From IMG/VR virus record IMGVR_UViG_3300043434_000833, positions 7,708 to 71,707 of that record: DNA of 64,000 bases; one strand, given 5' to 3'. Under the pieces are notes generated by a model. That model did not search any database. It was not told the origin of the DNA and saw only the letters and a list, made by a program, of their open reading frames with translations. Positions 28,089 to 36,489 of this stretch are shown here, piece after piece (position 1 is the stretch's first letter; the number at the start of each line of letters is the position of its first letter). The stretch comes from a virus. The position numbers were made by a program, and so were the translations under genes.

Positions 28089-28730
28089 CTAAATTAGACT
28101 ATTTATTTTTTTCGCATTTTCAAACCCAACATTTGCGGCAATTACTACCCTATTTTTAGTTGAGTTTGGTGATTTATTGGGTGAATGTGGTAAATACCCT
28201 TTCATAACCAATAAATCCCCTTCTTGTGGTAAATAGTAATATCGTTGATTATCACTACCTTCAACTATTAAAGTACCTTCATTATCTTTTAAATTATCCG
28301 GCATTTGAACGTAATAAACAAACGTATATGTTGGGTAAAACGATTCTATTGATTTTTGTAAATCGATATGATTATGTAATGTGACAATATCATCCTTTCT
28401 AAAATTTTCTTGTTTTGGTTTTCCCTTTTTAACCACGTTAACCCACGAATTTACATTAATTCTATTAAATGGTGATTCATCCTCACATCTTAATTTAAAA
28501 CAAACCTCCATACCAAATTTAATTATTTCTTCTATGAAGTTATTTGGTTTCATTTCAGTTTGGAAATCAAAACTAGACCAATCATCCATATATGTGTAAT
28601 TATCTTTAGGTGAATATGGTGCAGATTTTAGAAAAATGTCAACATCATTCAAAACATTTTTTAATAATACATCGGATTCTGTTTTTGTTTTATATATGAT
28701 AACATCCTCCTCAAAAATAATTTTTTCCAT
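28089..28730 (-). CDS. Putative 2OG-Fe(II) oxygenase (TIGR02466-like)
   Basis: WVN, HNH, FVYYVQMP, EGDLL...LPH, RVVIAAN. Confidence 0.75.
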   Translation of the reverse strand: MEKIIFEEDVIIYKTKTESDVLLKNVLNDVDIFLKSAPYSPKDNYTYMDDWSSFDFQTEMKPNNFIEEIIKFGMEVCFKLRCEDESPFNRINVNSWVNVVKKGKPKQENFRKDDIVTLHNHIDLQKSIESFYPTYTFVYYVQMPDNLKDNEGTLIVEGSDNQRYYYLPQEGDLLVMKGYLPHSPNKSPNSTKNRVVIAANVGFENAKKINSLI

Positions 28731-28734
28731 ATTA

Positions 28735-29019
28735 TTATATTATACTCTTTTTTTTAATTTTTAAATGTTTCATATAATCCTGTTCTATAAAATTCCACTT
28801 ACCTAATGGGCAAGTACCATATTGATCTGTGAATATTTTTTTATTAATTGGACATCCACAGGGTCCACAATAATGTGACCACTCTTTATTATGAATAACT
28901 TCCTTTCTAAATTCACAATTAGAACAAATATCAATTCTCTTTTTAGCCAAATTTAATTCAACATCATTTGGGTTAAATGATGTTATCCAAGAATTGATTA
29001 TTTCTATTGGGTTGAACAT
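28735..29019 (-). CDS. Small Cys-rich metal-binding protein (DUF6171-like)
   Basis: R..ICSNC...CGPCGC....K...CPLGKW. Confidence 0.65.
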   Translation of the reverse strand: MFNPIEIINSWITSFNPNDVELNLAKKRIDICSNCEFRKEVIHNKEWSHYCGPCGCPINKKIFTDQYGTCPLGKWNFIEQDYMKHLKIKKKSII

Positions 29020-29026
29020 TGTGATA

Positions 29027-29236
29027 TCATTTTTTAAGTCCGAATTTAATCCATTTATACCATATTCTTTCGTGTAGGTAATATTGTATTGGTTTATAAA
29101 TTAATTCCGCAACCCCAAAAGCCGCACCAACCTTTACTGAACCACTTATTAACCACATCAATAAAAAACCAATTACCGTACTAACAATACGGTATGAAAT
29201 GGTTTTTGCTATGTGTCTTTTTCTTTCAACTATCAT
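29027..29236 (-). CDS. DUF2061 membrane protein
   Basis: RHIAKTISYRI...YYLHERIW. Confidence 0.85.
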   Translation of the reverse strand: MIVERKRHIAKTISYRIVSTVIGFLLMWLISGSVKVGAAFGVAELIYKPIQYYLHERIWYKWIKFGLKK

Positions 29237-29844
29237 AATATTTTTTTAGGTTCATTCGCATAAAAATCAACACCGTTAAATTTACTATGATACATAACAT
29301 ATTGATTATTTTGGAACATTCTATGATTTTTCCACGAATCGGGCCAAGTTTCCACTTCCTCATCGGTAAACGATATAATTTCAGAATTTAATCTTATTTC
29401 CGGTCGATAATATGCATAAAATGAAAGTACGGTACCTTCTTTACAATTTGATTTAACTTTATCCATAAAGTAAGGTAAATTACCGTCCGTATCAGTGTCA
29501 AATAAAATACCATCAAATTTTCTATTTTCTAAAGGTAATACATTATACCAATCACCAAGTATCACTTCAACATTACGTTTATCTTTAGCCCATTCTAATG
29601 CCCTTTCATATTGTATTGGATGAATCTCAATTATAGTGTGAGATGTGACATTTGGATTACTTTGAATGAAATCGGCGGAAATGTGCATTCCAAATCCTAA
29701 TTCTAAAATATCTCCACCGTTTTGTGTACTGATTTCCGCCTGTCTTTTCATAATCTTAGTTTCACAAACGTGCATTATGTGATGATTATTTTCGGGATTA
29801 AAAATATAATCATCGGTAATAATAATTTTTTCGTTACCTTTCAT
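29233..29844 (-). CDS. SAM methyltransferase, GAMT/RMT2-like
   Basis: M...E..IM, ILELGFGMHIS, HTIIEIHP, GDW, FDGILFDT; start moved to ATG 29844. Confidence 0.8.
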   Translation of the reverse strand: MKGNEKIIITDDYIFNPENNHHIMHVCETKIMKRQAEISTQNGGDILELGFGMHISADFIQSNPNVTSHTIIEIHPIQYERALEWAKDKRNVEVILGDWYNVLPLENRKFDGILFDTDTDGNLPYFMDKVKSNCKEGTVLSFYAYYRPEIRLNSEIISFTDEEVETWPDSWKNHRMFQNNQYVMYHSKFNGVDFYANEPKKIL

Positions 29845-29854
29845 TTTTTTGTTT

Positions 29855-30241
29855 TTATTTATTTTCTTCAGTAAAATATTCGATGGTATCTCCGTTTGAA
29901 TCGATATAACCATTGCGAATGTCCGTACCACTTATTTTTGCAATTTCACTTGGTGGTTCGTGATAGATAACATCATAACCAACACCTCTACCATAGTTAA
30001 TACTTTCAATATCGGGAATAATTGATATCTGTACTCTATGTGAATTATCTTTAAAGAATTGTTCCTCAGATAAATCCATCATTACTTGTTGTGCGGTTTT
30101 TGGATTATTTTCGTCAGTTGGTACATTTCTAATTGCTACCCATACGTCTTTCCCCTTCTCTAATTGTTGATTGATAAGCCACTCGTGACCTTTATGCCAA
30201 TTTTGCCAACGTCCTACGTATAACGCGTACTTTTTACTCAT
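29855..30241 (-). CDS. Small HxGH nucleotidyltransferase (cytidyltransferase-like), candidate sulfate adenylyltransferase
   Basis: GRWQNWHKGH, ISGTDIR; directly downstream of cysC. Confidence 0.75.
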   Translation of the reverse strand: MSKKYALYVGRWQNWHKGHEWLINQQLEKGKDVWVAIRNVPTDENNPKTAQQVMMDLSEEQFFKDNSHRVQISIIPDIESINYGRGVGYDVIYHEPPSEIAKISGTDIRNGYIDSNGDTIEYFTEENK

Positions 30242-30244
30242 TTT

Positions 30245-30679
30245 TTAAATTTTTAATTTTCTTCTTAGATTTAAGAATGTATTATATTCACTACAATCTG
30301 TAGTATCACAATCAACAAAAAAGGTTAATGGTTCCTCATAATTTACGTGAAATTGTTCTCTACCTCTTATATTTATGGTATGAACATAAATTTCCACTAA
30401 ATCATCACCCATCTCAGTTTTAAATTGTTCTCTTTGATCCCTATATGGTGAAACTAATGAAACAATAACCGTGTACCCTTTGTGATGTAAAAATTTTGCC
30501 AGTATCTGAGCCTTTTCAATATTTTTACGTCTACCCTCTTCAGAGTAGTCCTTATTCACAAAAATTTCACGGATGTCGTCACCATCTACCACCATAGATT
30601 TATTTGGGAAACTTGCTTGTATCCAAGACGCTAACGTTGTTTTACCTGCTCCGGGTTGTCCGGTTAACCAATATATCAT
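30245..30679 (-). CDS. cysC: Adenylyl-sulfate kinase
   Basis: WLTGQPGAGKTT, DGDDIR, DYSEEGR..N, VSPY...R, YEEP; start moved to ATG 30679. Confidence 0.92.
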   Translation of the reverse strand: MIYWLTGQPGAGKTTLASWIQASFPNKSMVVDGDDIREIFVNKDYSEEGRRKNIEKAQILAKFLHHKGYTVIVSLVSPYRDQREQFKTEMGDDLVEIYVHTINIRGREQFHVNYEEPLTFFVDCDTTDCSEYNTFLNLRRKLKI

Positions 30680-30685
30680 ATACCA

Positions 30686-30716
30686 ATAATATAGTCTTTT
30701 TTTTTTAAAAACCAAA
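30686..30716 (-). promoter_or_regulatory. -33/-7 type promoter
   Basis: TTTG-N19-TATATTAT, 6 nt before ATG. Confidence 0.55.
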
Positions 30717-30833
30717 TTAATGGTTATAAATAAATGGATCTCTTTTACGTAATTCTTCTAATTTCTTTTTAAACTCTTTTTTTCTTTTACGGTCCGCAAA
30801 ATACTTTTTAATCCAATTAATTAACTTCATCAT
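30717..30833 (-). CDS. Small basic 38-aa protein ending DPFIY
   Basis: Not in ORF track; MMKLINWIKKYFADRKRKKEFKKKLEELRKRDPFIYNH, starts 1 nt after carbamoyltransferase stop. Confidence 0.7.
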   Translation of the reverse strand: MMKLINWIKKYFADRKRKKEFKKKLEELRKRDPFIYNH

Positions 30834-30834
30834 A

Positions 30835-32505
30835 TTATTTTTGTTTATATATTACATAATTACCCATAACTAATAAATCCATATCAGTGTCAAAAAACGT
30901 ATCCACCGCATCTTTAGGTGTCAATACCATAGTTTTATCTTTAACGTTGAACGAAGTATTCAATAGTATTGGGTATCCACTTATTTGTTCAAATTCTCTT
31001 AATAATTCATATATTGCGGTGTGTTTATACACAGTCTGTACTCGAGCGGAACCATCTACGTGAGTCACCGCTTTCAATATGTCACGATATTCCTTCTTAA
31101 CTTTCACAACTTGATTCATATATGGTACATCGTCTGTCATTTCAAAGAAATCGTGTTGTCTTTCTTTAATCACCATCGGTGCGAAGGGTCTAAAACCTTC
31201 TCTTTTCTTAATTACTTTGTTAATTCTATCTTTCATACCATCTAACGTTGGGTTAGCTAAAATTGACCTATTACCTAACGCTCTCGAACCAAATTCAATA
31301 TGCCCGTGAAACCATCCCACAACATTACCCTCGTTAAGTTTCTTAGCCACATAATTTCTTAGTCCTTTTTCTGTATTAAATTTTTTGTAATGTGTACCTT
31401 TTATCGCTCTTTGGATGTCGTCATAAAGATACTGCGGTCCCAAAAATGGATTTTTTGTGATTTTACTTTTAATTTTTCTCTCTTGTATCAAATAGTGAAC
31501 TACCGCACCAATTGCCGACCCCGCATCTGACGGTGCCGGTGGTATCCATAGACTATTAAAATCCGAATCGGTGGTTATTTTACCATTTGCAGTTCCATTA
31601 TAGGCACAACCTCCACTTAAACAAAGGTTATCACTCTTTTTAATCAATGATAATGTTTTTAAAATATCAAACAAAACTTCCTCATAAACTTTCTGAACCG
31701 CAGCTGCCAAATCTTCGTGAACAGTAGTTAATGGTTCTTCAGGTAATCTTTGATCCACCCCCAACAATTCGGGTAATTTTTCGTTAAACATAATTTTATC
31801 CGACCTATCCCAACAAAAGACATCCATATTACATTTCAAACCACCATTTTTAAATGTTATTAACTCTCTAACTTTATCGATATAATTTTCCGGTTTACCA
31901 TATGACGCCAAACCCATTACTTTATATTCACCCTCATTTGGTCTAAAACCTAAAAACGAGGTCATAGCGGAATAATATAGTCCAAGTGAATGTGGATACT
32001 TTGCTATTGTATGATATTTTATACCATTATAATCCGCAAAACCATACGACATAGTGTCTTTTTCACCAACACCGTCTACGGATAAACACGTAGACTCCTC
32101 AAAATTAGATGTGTAAAATGAATAATATAAATGTGATTCGTGATGTGTCGAATAAAATACGTTAGGTGACAATTTTTTAAGTTTGTCGTCAACTTCTTTT
32201 GCTACGTTTCTAATTTTTAAATATGACCTTAATGAATATAATGGATTCTTAAACATTTGTGGTTTAATATTCTCCATTACCCTTTCATATTTTAACTTAG
32301 GATTCTCATAATAACAAACCGCCTGTAGATTCTTATCTGTTATTTTATAGTGTTTATAGATATACTCTAATACCTTCTCTGGAAAAGAACTATCGTGTTT
32401 GATACCTGTAAATTTTTCTTCTTCACAAGCGAAGATTAATTGGTTATCTCTAAAAAGACAAACTGATGAATCGTGATAAAATGCTGATATTCCTATTATA
32501 TACAT
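30835..32505 (-). CDS. Carbamoyltransferase (CmcH/NodU family)
   Basis: GISAFYHDSS, HHESH, DGVGE, GEYKVMGLA, GGCAYN, DAG, EFGSRALGNRS, RPFAP, LNTSFN. Confidence 0.96.
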   Translation of the reverse strand: MYIIGISAFYHDSSVCLFRDNQLIFACEEEKFTGIKHDSSFPEKVLEYIYKHYKITDKNLQAVCYYENPKLKYERVMENIKPQMFKNPLYSLRSYLKIRNVAKEVDDKLKKLSPNVFYSTHHESHLYYSFYTSNFEESTCLSVDGVGEKDTMSYGFADYNGIKYHTIAKYPHSLGLYYSAMTSFLGFRPNEGEYKVMGLASYGKPENYIDKVRELITFKNGGLKCNMDVFCWDRSDKIMFNEKLPELLGVDQRLPEEPLTTVHEDLAAAVQKVYEEVLFDILKTLSLIKKSDNLCLSGGCAYNGTANGKITTDSDFNSLWIPPAPSDAGSAIGAVVHYLIQERKIKSKITKNPFLGPQYLYDDIQRAIKGTHYKKFNTEKGLRNYVAKKLNEGNVVGWFHGHIEFGSRALGNRSILANPTLDGMKDRINKVIKKREGFRPFAPMVIKERQHDFFEMTDDVPYMNQVVKVKKEYRDILKAVTHVDGSARVQTVYKHTAIYELLREFEQISGYPILLNTSFNVKDKTMVLTPKDAVDTFFDTDMDLLVMGNYVIYKQK

Positions 32506-32508
32506 TCT

Positions 32509-33255
32509 TTATTTTTTAAATAGAACCTTTTTTAATAACTCAGGTTCAATATATTTTATTGGGTAATGAACACCTAATGGGTTCGGGTGATAAATGTCTT
32601 CCATACTGAATCTCTTCGCGTCGTCCACGTCCGCCACCCCCATTCCTTTAAGATACTTTACAAAATAAATATCCTCCCAAATTACTTCCTCAACCTCATT
32701 TGTTTTAGAAATTTCTAACATTACCTTCGGTGTCCTTATTGATAACCCGCCATTTCCCACATATGAACCCTCTTTAGGTTTTCTCCAAGGTGCTCCGATG
32801 TAATCATAATCCAAAAACTCATCAATTCCACTTCTTAATAATATGGAATCTAATTGAAAAGTAAAGACCTTATCTCCCCTAACTCTCTCCCAAAATTTCT
32901 TATCTCTAAATAATCTGTTATATTCTATTTTAGTTAAGTCTTTGACGCCTAAATTAACGATATCAACATCTCCCCAATCTTTTACCATTTCTTTAAAAAA
33001 ATCGTAATTTTCACTCCCACAAAAGATTTGTAATCCCCATTTTGTGTTCGAATTTGTTTCATTAAGATAGTACATACAGGTTTTCATCGTTATGTAGATA
33101 TCTTCGTGTATCCTTGGTTCAAGTGTTATTGCATAATGTGTTGTATCAGTCGTGATTCTCGGGGTATACCATTCCAACTCCTTCTCCATACTTCTAAGGT
33201 GTTCTTTCCATATGGGTATATTCATTTCGTTATATTTTCTTTCTAAGTTTTCCAT
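32509..33255 (-). CDS. DUF5672 family GT-like protein
   Basis: FQLDS...YDYIGAPW...VGNGGLSIR, ED.YF; start moved to ATG 33255. Confidence 0.8.
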   Translation of the reverse strand: MENLERKYNEMNIPIWKEHLRSMEKELEWYTPRITTDTTHYAITLEPRIHEDIYITMKTCMYYLNETNSNTKWGLQIFCGSENYDFFKEMVKDWGDVDIVNLGVKDLTKIEYNRLFRDKKFWERVRGDKVFTFQLDSILLRSGIDEFLDYDYIGAPWRKPKEGSYVGNGGLSIRTPKVMLEISKTNEVEEVIWEDIYFVKYLKGMGVADVDDAKRFSMEDIYHPNPLGVHYPIKYIEPELLKKVLFKK

Positions 33256-33850
33256 ATATATAATTAGCAATAACTTTATAACCTTCGAGATTTGGGTGAT
33301 AGTCCCCTTCATAGAAATTCTTCTCGTCATTCCAAACACTTCGGCTTCCGTATTCCCACACACCAATGTCGTTATTTATTTCATAATCTCTTAATATGTC
33401 TGAAACACATCCATCTGGATTAATAAAATAATCAGGTAATTTGGTTGTGTCAAAATGTTCCTCTTTAAAAGTTGGGAAGAATGAGTTAAAATAAAAATGT
33501 TTTAATCCTTTTAATTCTTGTTCCATTTGTTCGTATATTTCCACTACGTTGTAGGTGTCAGCAGTGTAACGATATGGATAGGATAACATAACAATAATAA
33601 TGTCATCTTTATTTAAGTGTCCGTCTTTTTTCACATTTTTAATTTCGTTCAACATAAATTCATTACCGAAACCACAAACACCTAAATTAACATATGGACA
33701 ATTTAATTTTTCGGCAACCCATCTCGGCCAAGAATTCATATCTCTTAATTTTTGAATGAACATATTAGGGAACGGGATTTCCTTATAACGTACATCATCT
33801 TCAATTCCGTGACCAGCGGTCCAACTATCACCAAATGTTATCAATCTCAT
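33230..33850 (-). CDS. SGNH/GDSL-like protein
   Basis: FGDSWTAG, NLGVCG.GN, DYHPN..G. Confidence 0.78.
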   Translation of the reverse strand: MRLITFGDSWTAGHGIEDDVRYKEIPFPNMFIQKLRDMNSWPRWVAEKLNCPYVNLGVCGFGNEFMLNEIKNVKKDGHLNKDDIIIVMLSYPYRYTADTYNVVEIYEQMEQELKGLKHFYFNSFFPTFKEEHFDTTKLPDYFINPDGCVSDILRDYEINNDIGVWEYGSRSVWNDEKNFYEGDYHPNLEGYKVIANYIYGKLRKKI

Positions 33851-34599
33851 TTGTTTAAAATTTTTGAGTTTTTCTTTATGTGATTATAAAAATAATTAGC
33901 TTGATTAATATGTCCAAATTCACCCATATGATCATCAATGATTTCACCATTTGTCTCTTCAACAATTCTTGCCCTTAAAACCCCACCAAAATGTTTAGGT
34001 AAGTTAAGATACCCTAACAAATTGGTTTTATTATTTTCATTGTGTTCAGGTACTATGTACTTTTCATCGATAAATTTACTATGTTGGTCAAACAAGGTAT
34101 CATCACTTGTCCAATGATAAACCTCAACACTCTTTTCATTACAATATAAATTAATTAATTTAACCCAATTTAAAACTTCGTTAACCCATAATTTATGTGA
34201 TTTATTAACTAACACTTCTTCCATTGTATTTTTTGAAAACCCAACATCATTATAATTTGTGGCGTTTGGTAATAGGTTAATTATAATGTTTTCATTTATA
34301 TTGACCATTGGAAATCTAATTAAGCTAGTCCAACCAAAGATTAATATATCATTTTCTTTAATTAAATCAGATACGTTTATAAATTGATTAAAGATGGTGT
34401 GGTTTGATGATCCTCCAATTGCACAATTATAGGGTTCGTAACCTATCTTTTTAGCCAATAAATCAACCCAAACATTTGGTAACGTACCTCCTCTAAGTTT
34501 TTTATATCTATCGTAGTTATTTTCAAATGGAAAAAATAGACCGTCTATTGGGTCATACTCGGCAGTAAAACTACAACCAAAAGTCCAAAGTCTACTCAT
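33847..34599 (-). CDS. SGNH/GDSL-like protein
   Basis: FGCSFT, N.AIGGSSN, DDHMG..GH. Confidence 0.72.
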   Translation of the reverse strand: MSRLWTFGCSFTAEYDPIDGLFFPFENNYDRYKKLRGGTLPNVWVDLLAKKIGYEPYNCAIGGSSNHTIFNQFINVSDLIKENDILIFGWTSLIRFPMVNINENIIINLLPNATNYNDVGFSKNTMEEVLVNKSHKLWVNEVLNWVKLINLYCNEKSVEVYHWTSDDTLFDQHSKFIDEKYIVPEHNENNKTNLLGYLNLPKHFGGVLRARIVEETNGEIIDDHMGEFGHINQANYFYNHIKKNSKILNK

Positions 34600-35215
34600 T
34601 AGTTATTATTTTAAAAAAAATCTCAGCAATTTGTTTATGTCCCTCAATACCAAAATGTGAATCCATAATTACATTATCCGTCTCGTCACTTATATTGGTA
34701 CATCCCATATCCCTTAATTGTTGAATTGTTGTTATTTGTTTATTTTGAGTTAAATTACTTTCTTCACCACACCAAAAATATAACTTAAATTTTTTACATT
34801 TTGAGTAGTTAATCATTAATTTTTCCCAACTGTAAACTTCATCGGCCCATTTAATTGATTCCCTATCTTCTATTACGTTATTCCAAAACCAACCTTTATT
34901 TGGGTATTGATTTATAAATTGATTATTCGTAACAGTTCTAAATTTAGTTAATAGAGCCCAACATACAATCACAACGTCACCACCATCTATAAAATTAGAG
35001 TTGTCACAAAAATCTTGAAATATTTGATAATTAGAATTACCTCCTTTGGCCAAATTCTTCACTTCGTACCCCATTTTTTTAGATAAAATGTTTGGCCAAG
35101 ATTCAAATATAAATTCATTCTTTAACCTTAAAAACCTATTTACATTACTATCGAATGGTGAGTTGGTGTCATAATCCGAAGTGAAACTATCACCAAATGT
35201 CCAAAGTGTATTCAT
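34592..35215 (-). CDS. SGNH/GDSL-like protein
   Basis: FGDSFT, NLAKGGNSN, DSHFG..GH. Confidence 0.75.
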   Translation of the reverse strand: MNTLWTFGDSFTSDYDTNSPFDSNVNRFLRLKNEFIFESWPNILSKKMGYEVKNLAKGGNSNYQIFQDFCDNSNFIDGGDVVIVCWALLTKFRTVTNNQFINQYPNKGWFWNNVIEDRESIKWADEVYSWEKLMINYSKCKKFKLYFWCGEESNLTQNKQITTIQQLRDMGCTNISDETDNVIMDSHFGIEGHKQIAEIFFKIITNE

Positions 35216-36489
35216 TATATTAAGGATTCAAAAAATAGATAATCTTCGTCAACAATCTTTAATATATTGATGACTCTTTGTTTATTGTCAATAAACCTTT
35301 CTTTATTCTTTTTATAAAAATCGATTATGATTTGCTTATTTTCTGATAATCTTTTTATTTCGTTCACAAACATTTCAATACGTTTTCTTTGGTTTGGTTC
35401 GTCGTCGTAACTATGGTCTATAACATCGTCATAAAAATCCAAACCATATTTTAATTTAACCATTTTAATGTGATTATGAGTGGATAATATTAATGGGATT
35501 TGATAATAATAAAACGGTTTAAATGTTTTTTCCGAAATATGAATGTTATTGTTCACATCTAAAAACATCGACTCGGTTATGATGTTAATGTATGTGTTTT
35601 CATAATTTTTTGGGTATTCTGGTGTGTGCATCCATATTGGAAAATCTTTATTGTTGACTTCACTAAATTCATTAAACCAATCTTTCTCAATTTCGTAATC
35701 ACTTTTCTTAAAATGTAAATTATAAAAATATAACATTTCGTCATTTAACATATCAATATCCTCTTTAGAAAATAACGGATAGTAATAACTTTCAAGTGGT
35801 TTACAGTCATAACCAGGTACTAATGACCAATTAATATCACTCAATAAATTATATTTTTTTAGGAAACACAATAATCCGTATCTATGTATCTTTGGTGACT
35901 TATTGAATAACTGAAAAAATTTACCTTGTTTATTTGGTTCAAAATCACAACCTCCTACATTCTCTAACACTTTGGTTGAGGAGTGTGGTACAAATCGTAT
36001 CGTATGTACATTTATCTGTGATTTGTATTTTTCTTTGTATTCGGGTAATTTATAATTGTTATTAACTATATAAATTTGCTTTTCATCAATACCCTTCAAC
36101 CTAACAAAGTCAAATATCTTTTTGAAACTATCTTCACAATCCGGTTCGTGTTCGGTTAAAAACATAACAAAGAAATTTGAACATTTTAATAAACATTCAA
36201 CTACGTTATTATTAAAAGGTGTAATTCCGTTTTCAAAAAAATCACCAATCATCTCACCTCCGTGATTTATAATGTAATAATACTTTTGAGTTGGGTTATC
36301 GTACACTTCAGACATAGAGCAAGTTCTCTGTCTAAATTTGTCAGTGTATGAAGTGTCATCAATAAAATGTTTGATTAAATTCATTGAGTCACAAACACGT
36401 CTGTTTGGATAACGAAATGTAATATTTGGTATTGGTTCATCAGTGTACTCATCAAAATTATCATACACTAAATTTAAAACTTTCTGCAT
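35215..36489 (-). CDS. Putative GT10-like glycosyltransferase
   Basis: NKSPKIHR, YINIITES, ISEKTFKPF, IDHSYD. Confidence 0.55.
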   Translation of the reverse strand: MQKVLNLVYDNFDEYTDEPIPNITFRYPNRRVCDSMNLIKHFIDDTSYTDKFRQRTCSMSEVYDNPTQKYYYIINHGGEMIGDFFENGITPFNNNVVECLLKCSNFFVMFLTEHEPDCEDSFKKIFDFVRLKGIDEKQIYIVNNNYKLPEYKEKYKSQINVHTIRFVPHSSTKVLENVGGCDFEPNKQGKFFQLFNKSPKIHRYGLLCFLKKYNLLSDINWSLVPGYDCKPLESYYYPLFSKEDIDMLNDEMLYFYNLHFKKSDYEIEKDWFNEFSEVNNKDFPIWMHTPEYPKNYENTYINIITESMFLDVNNNIHISEKTFKPFYYYQIPLILSTHNHIKMVKLKYGLDFYDDVIDHSYDDEPNQRKRIEMFVNEIKRLSENKQIIIDFYKKNKERFIDNKQRVINILKIVDEDYLFFESLI

